Of a stretch of 64,000 bases of DNA, positions 9,933 to 17,985 are shown piece by piece (within the stretch, counting starts at the first letter, position 1; every line of letters begins with the position of its first letter). The translations under genes and the position numbers were made by a program. The notes under the pieces were generated by a model. That model worked only from the letters and a program-made list of their open reading frames with translations. It did not search any database and was not told where the DNA came from. The DNA is from Candidatus Obscuribacteraceae bacterium (GTDB taxonomy: Bacteria; Cyanobacteriota; Vampirovibrionia; Obscuribacterales; Obscuribacteraceae). The DNA is taken from positions 64,001-128,000 of the forward strand of contig JBGASG010000004.1 in assembly GCA_044229845.1 (NCBI GenBank), read 5' to 3'.

Positions 9933-12310
9933 GCGCGCACCCGGGCGTTCGCAGACAGACGCGCCGTCAACTTCTGCGCTTCATCCTGGCGTCCTTGCTT
10001 GCGATAGATAGACACCAGTTGTTGATAGGCACGATTGGTTGTCGGATCGTCCATGCCGATACGCTGAGCGATATTCAACGCTCGCTTATACTGCCGCTCC
10101 GCCTGCCCCAGATCACCTTTTTTCTCGTACAGTTCGCCAAGACTGTACACGGCGCTGACTGTTTCCGGATGATCCGGGCCGGCAGTTTTGGTCAAGATCG
10201 CCAGCGAGTGCTCCAGCTCGGTCTGGGCATCGGACAGATCGTTTTTAGCCAGATGCGTTCGCCCCAGGTTTCCTTCCGAGCGCGCCGTATCGATGTTTTC
10301 CACACCCAGGACTTTCATACGCATTTTGTAGGCGCGTATTTGAATCGGCAGCGCATGGTCGAAGTCTTTGCGATCCGCGTAAATCAGACCAAGTACGTTA
10401 AGGCACCAGGCAATGTCTTCGGACGATTCACCATCCAGACCGCGATATTCGGCCAGTGCTTTGCGCAAGAGCGGCTCACCTTCCTGTCCGCGTCCGACCT
10501 GGCGGTAGAACTCGGCCAGATTACGCAAGCTGCGCGCCACATCGCGATGATGGGGACCGAGAGCTTTCTCTCTGATCGAGAGCGCCTGTTTGTAGAGCTG
10601 CTCTGACTGTTTGGTATCACCCAGCTTGCTGCTTACGTAGGCAAGATTACTGAGAGTCCGCCCCATGAGCGGATCTTCCGACTTGCGGGAGGAAGAGAGC
10701 ACTGTCTGAGCCTGCTCGATCAGTTCTTTCGCCTTGCTGTATTGCGCTTCTTTGTAATACAACGTGGCTTGATCGTTGAGCGTTTTGGCCAGCTCATCGA
10801 CCGCTTTCTCGTCATTTTTGTCTTTTTGCAGACGCAGCGAAAGCGAGACGATCTGAGCGGCATTGGTTTCCTTGTGTCCGTAATCCTCGTCGCCCAGCCG
10901 ATGCTTGAGTGCATTCAGGCGAGTCGCCACCTTTTTCTCCGCATCGGCATTGCCCATGCGCGCATAGGTCTCGCGCAGCGCTTCCAGAGAGCGTTGCAAA
11001 CGCTCATCTGCTTCCCCGAAAAACTCCGCTTGCTGAACGGCTTCCTGGAAGAACTGAGCAGCCTGCTTATAGTCATCTTCATCAAGATTTTTCTTGCCTT
11101 CGACGTAATTCTTCTCGAAGCGCTCCGCAAAGTTGGCGCCCGGCGAAGCCGTGGGCGAGTGCTCGGCCAGCGTGTGCACGCTCACATCGACATAGCGCCA
11201 GACTGCCACTAATAAAACAATCGAAAGCGCCGTTCCCACGAGCGGCCAGACAATCTCATTGCGCTTCAGCGGTCCCCCGGGGCGGCGTGGAAACAGGCGA
11301 CCCAGCACGCGTCCCGCCGAGCGCCGTCTTCCCTGTCCCTCATTAGCCAGGCGCAGCGCCGACTTGAACTCGCCGACACTTTGATATCGACTGCCGGGAT
11401 CTTTCTGGAGAGCACGCATGACCGCCAGTTCGATAGGCTCCTGTACTTTAGGTGCGCCCTCCACTTCGGCAAAACGCGGTGGCGTTTCATTGACGTGTTT
11501 TTGCATGCACTCGAAAGCGTTGCGACCAGAAAATGGCGGACGCCCGGTCAGCGCCTCATACATGACACAGCCCAGTGAATAGATGTCGCTGCGGTGGTCG
11601 ATATCCAGCCCGGAGCATTGTTCCGGGCTCATGTAGGAGGGAGTGCCCAGCGTCTGTCCGGTCTGAGTGAGGTTGCTGATTTGCTCCGACTCAGGCGTGG
11701 TCAATTTGGCCAGGCCGAAATCCAGAATTTTGACGGTCGAACCGTCGGCAATAAACAAATTGCTGGGCTTGATGTCCCGGTGGACGACACCCTTCTCATG
11801 GGCAGCCGCCAGCCCGTTCAAGGCTTGCAAAAATATCGGGATGAGGCGCTCGACGGTGAGCGTGCCTTGAGCATGCAAGATGTCCGCCAGGCTTGTACCG
11901 TCCAGGTATTCCAGCACCAGATAGGGCTGCCCCTGGGGCAAAACACCGTAATCGAAGACGGCGGCGACATTTTGAGAAATGACCGCGCTGGCAGCCTCCG
12001 CCTCACGCTGAAAACGCAGCACTTTTTCCGGGTCCGAGGTCAGGTGCGGATGCAGCACCTTCAAGCAAACCAGACGGGTCAGCCCGACCTGTTTTGCTTT
12101 GTAGACAACGCTCCAGCCGCCGGCACCGATTTGCTCCAGCACCTCATATTTGCCGCCGACCGTCTGTCCCGCCAGGGGATCGGTCGTGATCACGGAAAGC
12201 AGGCTGCCGTCATGCGGGCAGGTGGAATGCTCCTCGGCAATAGTGAACTCGCGTTTGCACGTCGGGCAAAGGCGCCCTATGACGATCTTTCGCTGGTCGA
12301 AAACGCTCAC
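9914..12310 (-). CDS. Ser/Thr protein kinase with N-terminal Zn-ribbon, TM helix and C-terminal TPRs
   Basis: CPTC..CPHDG; HRDIKPSN, DFGLA, GTPSYMSPE; kinesin-light-chain-type TPRs. Confidence 0.95.
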   Translation of the reverse strand: MSVFDQRKIVIGRLCPTCKREFTIAEEHSTCPHDGSLLSVITTDPLAGQTVGGKYEVLEQIGAGGWSVVYKAKQVGLTRLVCLKVLHPHLTSDPEKVLRFQREAEAASAVISQNVAAVFDYGVLPQGQPYLVLEYLDGTSLADILHAQGTLTVERLIPIFLQALNGLAAAHEKGVVHRDIKPSNLFIADGSTVKILDFGLAKLTTPESEQISNLTQTGQTLGTPSYMSPEQCSGLDIDHRSDIYSLGCVMYEALTGRPPFSGRNAFECMQKHVNETPPRFAEVEGAPKVQEPIELAVMRALQKDPGSRYQSVGEFKSALRLANEGQGRRRSAGRVLGRLFPRRPGGPLKRNEIVWPLVGTALSIVLLVAVWRYVDVSVHTLAEHSPTASPGANFAERFEKNYVEGKKNLDEDDYKQAAQFFQEAVQQAEFFGEADERLQRSLEALRETYARMGNADAEKKVATRLNALKHRLGDEDYGHKETNAAQIVSLSLRLQKDKNDEKAVDELAKTLNDQATLYYKEAQYSKAKELIEQAQTVLSSSRKSEDPLMGRTLSNLAYVSSKLGDTKQSEQLYKQALSIREKALGPHHRDVARSLRNLAEFYRQVGRGQEGEPLLRKALAEYRGLDGESSEDIAWCLNVLGLIYADRKDFDHALPIQIRAYKMRMKVLGVENIDTARSEGNLGRTHLAKNDLSDAQTELEHSLAILTKTAGPDHPETVSAVYSLGELYEKKGDLGQAERQYKRALNIAQRIGMDDPTTNRAYQQLVSIYRKQGRQDEAQKLTARLSANARVRAQGSKR

Positions 12311-12544
12311 TAAGTAATTAGCCCGCGCAGCTTTAAGTATCCCTCAGAGATCTCCTCTAATCATAACCCCTTGCTAAGCAGTGCTCAAAGGCACGGCGCG
12401 CCGGGCTGGATAGCGTCCCAACGCGACCGGCACCGGCGTCGCACCATTTGCGGTATCAATCGCGCTCTAAAGCATGGGAGCAATTCCGTCCGCGAACGGC
12501 TTTGGATGAGCTTCCAGCAGATCTTAAACTATTGTCAGGAGGGC

Positions 12545-12573
12545 TTGCGCAAATTACTGTTTTGGACTAAATT
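12545..12573 (+). promoter_or_regulatory. sigma70-like promoter
   Basis: TTGCGC-N17-TAAATT. Confidence 0.55.
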
Positions 12574-12579
12574 GAAATC

Positions 12580-12772
12580 AGAACCGATTCAATCACATCC
12601 ATCCAAAAGTTACTTACAGACTGCATTACAGCCAATGGAGGTAGTCAGAAGTAGCATCGCTTTTGCGACTGCGCAGTAGTCACACCTATCTAATCCACCG
12701 CGCTTACGGTGGAGTCCGAGAAAGTCGGACAACAAAGCTGGCCTTCCGTTCCCTACGGAAGGCCTTTTTTTT
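12580..12772 (+). ncRNA. candidate small RNA (~190 nt)
   Basis: Lies between a promoter and a terminator; consecutive hairpins TCCACCG/CGGTGGA and GTCCGA/TCGGAC; both flanking genes are on the minus strand. Confidence 0.5.
12740..12772 (+). terminator. intrinsic terminator
   Basis: GGCCTTCCGT-loop-ACGGAAGGCC followed by T8. Confidence 0.85.
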
Positions 12773-12797
12773 CGAACCACACCGCTGGTAGTGTCAG

Positions 12798-13319
12798 TCA
12801 GCGGACCAGCGTATAAGTTTCCGGCGCTTCTTTGATCGAGGCGAAAGCACCAGGCAGTTTGGCTTGTACAGGCAATCCAACCAACCGGTCGTCCATAACT
12901 TTTACTTGCTCTTCGACTTTAGCTTGTCCGTCGCGCAAAGTCAGAAGAATGACGCCTTCTTTGAGCATCCACTTGCCTTTGGTATGCGCCGGCTGGGCAG
13001 ACAGCCCTTCGGTGGTGATGTCGAGCACGCCTTGCGGCTCGAAGCGCACGGTAGTCACCACGCGGTCGGTTTGTTGACGAAACGTTTTGCCCACCAGCTG
13101 ATCGCCGGCCGCGGCAACTTTAGCCTCAGTTGCGCAGCAGCTTTTCTCGGCATCAGCAGCCGCACCTTCCATCTTGGCGCAGCAGCTGTGTCCGCTCTGA
13201 GCGGCGCCGCTGCTGCTTTGGATGACTTCGCCGGGACCGCTGCCGCGCTGTGCGCAACCGCTGAGCGCGGCGGCGAGGAGCAGGACCAGCAAACTCGAAG
13301 AATAAATGCGACGCGCCAT
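12798..13319 (-). CDS. lipoprotein with Cys-Cys pairs and a beta-rich C-terminal domain
   Basis: MARRIYSSSLLVLLLAAALSGC lipobox; GGAG before ATG 13319; HSCC and KSCC. Confidence 0.75.
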   Translation of the reverse strand: MARRIYSSSLLVLLLAAALSGCAQRGSGPGEVIQSSSGAAQSGHSCCAKMEGAAADAEKSCCATEAKVAAAGDQLVGKTFRQQTDRVVTTVRFEPQGVLDITTEGLSAQPAHTKGKWMLKEGVILLTLRDGQAKVEEQVKVMDDRLVGLPVQAKLPGAFASIKEAPETYTLVR

Positions 13320-13596
13320 AACCAACTCCAGTTGTTTATCGATAACCGGGCTATTGTAGTACACGCGTCGGTCGAACCAAAATTTGCCGGGAGGCGGCGG
13401 CGCGGCACGCCACCATATATGATACCGCACCGCGCAGGCGCGACGTCGCGCAAATTAAATCCAGTTGCAGAAAACTCATGTAGTCAAGAGAAAGATGAGA
13501 TCTCGTAACCGAGCGTATTTACACCATCGACCCCAACCGGCCCGAAACCTAGACTGAATTCGTGCCTGTACACCCCTACCCCGCAGTGACGCAATA

Positions 13597-15111
13597 GTGG
13601 GCGATAGCTTTATCGAACGCGAATGGTCTGTCTTGGTCCCCGGTCTGGTCGACGGACTGCAAGGTGCCGCCGGGCAGACCTGGCACGACCTGAACCAGGC
13701 CGGGCACAATCTCAGCGAGGATTTTTGGGGTACCAGCGGAGACTATTTGAAGAACCACAGCGTGGACTTCCTGGCCGGCGCCCTGATCACCTTCGCCAAT
13801 CCTGGAAAGAAAACCGCCGCCATGCTGACCGCCTGGTCAATGCGCGGGCTGGCGTATTCGACAGTCGACGCCATTCAGGCTGCTGCCGATCCAGATTCCG
13901 ACCTGAACGCGGCGCGCGCCCGGTATGCCGACGCCATCAGCCATGAAGGCACGGCGTTTCTCAGTTCGATGCCCATGGCCATGGCCGGCGGCATCGCAGG
14001 CAGGGGACTGGCCGGCGGCGTCTTCGGGGCCAACAAAGGAGCGGTCGATTACTTTCGCGGCGACGTCACCACGTCCCAGGTCAAAACTAATCTCCTCAAC
14101 CTGCAAGACAACATCTGGGCACCCAAGAAGAAAGTTCTGGTCACCGATCTGGACGGCACCACCTTCCCGATGTTCGACTATTTAGTGCCGGCACTGAAAG
14201 AAAATATCGGTACGATCGCCGCCAAGATGAATATCCCCGAGCAAGAAGTGGCCAGCGCCCTGGGCGGACAACGGGTGCATCCATGGATTCTCGAAACATC
14301 GCCCCTGGCTCGCAAGTTTCAGGGCACGCCGCTGGAATTTCAAGAACAGATTGTGCGCCCTTTCTGGGAGACGCTCAATCGCAATCGGGCACAGCTGCTG
14401 CATCCGTTTCCCGATGTGGCGAAGACGCTGGCACAGGCGCGCGCCCAGGGCGTACAAATCGTGGCACTGACCAATGCGCCCACCCCGCTTGCCTTGCAAC
14501 GCCTGGGCGCCACGGAACTGACGCCTCACGTAGACCGACTCTATTCGGTGCATCCGGTCGAGCCGCCGGTATCGCAGGTGGTGCATCCCAGCGCCCTCGA
14601 GTTCGGCCGCGGTCTGGTCAGAGACGAGCTCGGCGCAGTCGGTGAGACTCCGCAACTGAGAGAATTGTCACAAACCGCCTCCAAGCCGGACACAGGCGGC
14701 ATGGATGCCATCATGCGCGAACTGGGCGTGCGCCCGAAGCAAATGCTCTTCGTCGGCGACAGCATCTGGAAAGACGGACTGGTTGGCGAAGCGCGCGGCA
14801 TTCCGTTCCTCTGGGCTAAATACGGCTCGCAGATAGACCCGTCCCAGAAAGCCTTCCTGGAGGGGTTGGGACGCCCGGCCAATCCCCGCAGTGTGCCCCG
14901 CGCACCAAATGCGGTGACAGAAGGCGCGCCACCACCGACGGTGGGAACTTTGAACAGATATGAACAACTGTTGCCGTATTTGAAGCCGCATATCGACTTC
15001 CATTCGATCGGCTATGGTCTTTGGAACAATATTGCGCGGATGCCCTCGTGGAAACCGGTAATGGCGTATCAATTAATTCCCAATCCTTGGCAATTGGGCA
15101 ATGACAGCTGA
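13597..15111 (+). CDS. HAD-family hydrolase fused to an N-terminal Gly/Ala-rich helical region
   Basis: VTDLDGT, LTN, SKPD and FVGDSIWKDG motifs begin after about 180 aa. Confidence 0.8.
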   Translation: MGDSFIEREWSVLVPGLVDGLQGAAGQTWHDLNQAGHNLSEDFWGTSGDYLKNHSVDFLAGALITFANPGKKTAAMLTAWSMRGLAYSTVDAIQAAADPDSDLNAARARYADAISHEGTAFLSSMPMAMAGGIAGRGLAGGVFGANKGAVDYFRGDVTTSQVKTNLLNLQDNIWAPKKKVLVTDLDGTTFPMFDYLVPALKENIGTIAAKMNIPEQEVASALGGQRVHPWILETSPLARKFQGTPLEFQEQIVRPFWETLNRNRAQLLHPFPDVAKTLAQARAQGVQIVALTNAPTPLALQRLGATELTPHVDRLYSVHPVEPPVSQVVHPSALEFGRGLVRDELGAVGETPQLRELSQTASKPDTGGMDAIMRELGVRPKQMLFVGDSIWKDGLVGEARGIPFLWAKYGSQIDPSQKAFLEGLGRPANPRSVPRAPNAVTEGAPPPTVGTLNRYEQLLPYLKPHIDFHSIGYGLWNNIARMPSWKPVMAYQLIPNPWQLGNDS

Positions 15112-15153
15112 TACAATTTGAGGGTCCAGTCGAATATAAAAGAGGTGCGCGCG

Positions 15154-15726
15154 GTGGGAGTCCAAGATCCTGATGTGACGGTAATCTTTGCAGCGTTGCG
15201 TTTTGCGGCATTGAAGCACAAGGAGCAAAGGCGCAAAGATTCAAAGACACCTTACATAAACCATCCGATCGAGGTGGCAGAACTTTTGCTGCGCGTCGGT
15301 CGAGAAACGGAAACCGAGACGGTAGTGGCAGCACTCTTGCATGACACCATAGAAGATACCAACACCACCGCCGAAGAAATTCAGGCGCTCTTCGGAGAGA
15401 AAGTAGCGGGGCTGGTCAAAGAGTGCACCGACGACAAATCTTTGCCCAAGGAAGTTCGCAAAGAACTGCAAGTCGAACATGCGCCGCACAAATCGGAAGC
15501 CGCTAAGAAAATCAAGCTGGCCGACAAAATCAGCAACGTCAAAGACGTGATTTTTACGCCGCCTCCCGATTGGTCGCTGCAGCGCAAAATGGAGTACCTG
15601 ACCTGGTCCGAACGCGTCGTCGAAGGTCTGCGCGGCTGCAGCCCCGGACTGGAGAGCCTCTACGACAACGTGCTCGCCGAAGGCAAAAACGTCCTGAAAA
15701 GCCAGCAAGATAAGGTCGCGCGCTAA
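15154..15726 (+). CDS. HD-domain (p)ppGpp hydrolase-like protein (Mesh1/SAH-like)
   Basis: PYINHP, ALLHDTIED, VKECTDDK, IKLADKISN; AGAGG RBS before GTG 15154. Confidence 0.9.
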   Translation: MGVQDPDVTVIFAALRFAALKHKEQRRKDSKTPYINHPIEVAELLLRVGRETETETVVAALLHDTIEDTNTTAEEIQALFGEKVAGLVKECTDDKSLPKEVRKELQVEHAPHKSEAAKKIKLADKISNVKDVIFTPPPDWSLQRKMEYLTWSERVVEGLRGCSPGLESLYDNVLAEGKNVLKSQQDKVAR

Positions 15727-15799
15727 GCGAGAAAAACCTCACACAGAAGAGAGGCCCGGTCTGGGAACCGAGCCGCTCGACCATCCCTGTGCAAAACTC

Positions 15800-16405
15800 T
15801 TATTGGCAGCAGACCAAACTGACATCCCGCGTCTTGCCCGCTGAGTCTGTGACGATCTCGTACTTGGTGTGATCGGCACACTCGATAACTGAGTGATAGT
15901 TGCCATCCGCCGCTAATTCCGTACGTACGCTTTCAACGTTGGCGAGCGTCATCACACCGCTGCCGTCCGACACTTTGAACGTTTTCGGCGGTTTGTAGTA
16001 GACTTCGCTGGCAACGACTTTGCCATCCTTGAGCGTTTCGGTCGCCGAAAATCCGGTGTCGTAGATCCAGCCGTCTTCCAGTTCGCCTGCATAGAAGTGA
16101 GAGACCGAGCCATCCAGATTGTGGCGCGTCTGCACCTTTCTATAATCGATGCCGTCAACTTGATCGTCCGGGCAGTCGACACCAGGACCAGCCTCACCGA
16201 CGCCTGGCGGGCGCACGGGACTGTAGACATCTCCGGACCGCGAGAACGTCCCCGCCTGTGCTACGGCTCCATAAGTCTGCTGGCGAACCTGATCCATAGG
16301 TGCGGGCTGGGCAGGCGCGTCGGACGACGACTGCGGAACTTCAGGAGCAGCTTTTTCGACATGGGTATGGGCGCGAGTGTGATGTTGGCTCATAGATTTG
16401 TTCAA
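15800..16405 (-). CDS. hypothetical protein
   Basis: 201-aa ORF; disordered N-terminus and beta-rich C-terminus. Confidence 0.65.
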   Translation of the reverse strand: MNKSMSQHHTRAHTHVEKAAPEVPQSSSDAPAQPAPMDQVRQQTYGAVAQAGTFSRSGDVYSPVRPPGVGEAGPGVDCPDDQVDGIDYRKVQTRHNLDGSVSHFYAGELEDGWIYDTGFSATETLKDGKVVASEVYYKPPKTFKVSDGSGVMTLANVESVRTELAADGNYHSVIECADHTKYEIVTDSAGKTRDVSLVCCQ

Positions 16406-16565
16406 CCTGTAGGCAACGCAGGCGCCGTACTGCTGTTCGGGCTTTGCGCTGGTTGGGGAATTGAGGTGGAAAAACGGTGGGTAGTAAATAAGGTAAGGCG
16501 GGCAATTGAAAGTTTCTTGAAACCAGCCTGTCTATAATTAGCCGCTACTTTGGAGTGCCGCGCAG

Positions 16566-17744
16566 ATGGCAGACGACTCTTTTACCCAAGACGAATTGAC
16601 GCGCTACAGCCGGCACGTGCTCTTGCCGGAAGTCGGACTGTCCGGACAGAAGAAGCTAAAGGCCGCCAGCGTGCTGGTCGTCGGCAGCGGCGGTCTGGGC
16701 AGTCCGGTCTCGCTCTACCTGGCATCTGCTGGGGTGGGAACCATCGGGCTTCTGGATTTCGACACGGTCGATTTATCCAACCTGCAGCGGCAAATTCTCT
16801 TCAAAATCGCCGACATCGGCAAGTCAAAAGCAAAGGTCGGCGCTCAACGGTTGAAGGCCCTCAATGACTGCATCAAAGTGAAAGTTCATGATGTGCACAT
16901 GGCGTCGGACAATGCCTTGAAGATTCTCGCCGACTACGATGTCGTGGTGGACGGCACGGATAACTTCGCATCTCGCTATCTATTAAATGATGCCTGCCAG
17001 CGCCTGGGTAAACCTTACGTCTATGGTTCGATCTACCGATTTGAAGGTCAAGCATCGGTATTTATTCCAGGAAAAGGCTGCTACCGCTGTCTGTTCCCGG
17101 TCATGCCCGATGTGCAGGCAGTACCCAACTGCGCCGAGATTGGTGTGATGGGCGCAGTTGCCGGCATCATCGGAACCATACAAGCCACCGAAACTATCAA
17201 GCTGCTCACCGGTGCAGGCGACAGCCTGAGCGGGCGGTTGTTGATTTTCGATGCTCTGGGCATGACCTTCGACGCCTTACCTATCGAGCGTGATGCGATG
17301 TGCACCGCCTGTGGTGACGGAGCGGAAGTGGAAATCGTCGATGAACAATTTGCCTGCGCCGGTCAGAGCGATCAAGATTCGGAAGGACGCCCCATTGAAT
17401 TGCACTGGGTGGCACAAGAGAAACCGCGCGACATCAGCCCCGAAGATCTCAGCAAGATGCTCGACGAAGACGGCAAAAACCTGTTGCTGCTCGACGTGCG
17501 TACCCCCGAAGAGTTCACCATCTGCGCATTGAGCGGAGCGCAATTAATCCCCTTGATTCAATTGCCGCGTCGCCTTGAAGAGATCGATAAAGAAAAACAC
17601 ATCGTTGTCTATTGCCACCACGGTGTACGCAGTCGCAGCGCCTGCCAGCTCTTGAGAGAAAGCGGCTTCGAGCAGGTCTCCAACCTGCGGGGCGGCATTG
17701 CCGCCTGGGCTCGTGAAGTGGATACCTCGCTGCCGCAGTACTGA
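16566..17744 (+). CDS. moeB: molybdopterin-synthase adenylyltransferase with rhodanese domain (MoeB/MoeZ)
   Basis: RYSRH, GSGGLG, SNLQRQ, CYRC, CTAC; rhodanese YCHHGVRS. Confidence 0.93.
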   Translation: MADDSFTQDELTRYSRHVLLPEVGLSGQKKLKAASVLVVGSGGLGSPVSLYLASAGVGTIGLLDFDTVDLSNLQRQILFKIADIGKSKAKVGAQRLKALNDCIKVKVHDVHMASDNALKILADYDVVVDGTDNFASRYLLNDACQRLGKPYVYGSIYRFEGQASVFIPGKGCYRCLFPVMPDVQAVPNCAEIGVMGAVAGIIGTIQATETIKLLTGAGDSLSGRLLIFDALGMTFDALPIERDAMCTACGDGAEVEIVDEQFACAGQSDQDSEGRPIELHWVAQEKPRDISPEDLSKMLDEDGKNLLLLDVRTPEEFTICALSGAQLIPLIQLPRRLEEIDKEKHIVVYCHHGVRSRSACQLLRESGFEQVSNLRGGIAAWAREVDTSLPQY

Positions 17745-17985
17745 TTTTTCGCATTGCCCGCCGCAAAAACTATGAAAAACCCCAGGATCGCTTTTGGGGC
17801 GGCTCCGATTGATTCCAGCGCCGCTTAGGCATACACTGGGCTCAAATCGCATCTTTGGTTTCTTTTTTACTACGTCCGCGGTGCCTTTCGGCACTAAAAC
17901 ATTACTACGGCAAGCGCCTGCACGTCTCGGCAGGCTCCGCCCGGCGCTGTTTTGGCGCCGCATTTTTTCGCAAGGAGTTTAATCC

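Noticed and set aside
12635..12679. 14-aa ORF ending AFATAQ resembling a tmRNA tag
   Set aside because: No tRNA-like domain or acceptor end nearby; kept only as part of the sRNA candidate.
13597..15726. toxSAS-SAH toxin-antitoxin pair
   Set aside because: The upstream protein has HAD motifs, not RelA/SpoT synthetase motifs.
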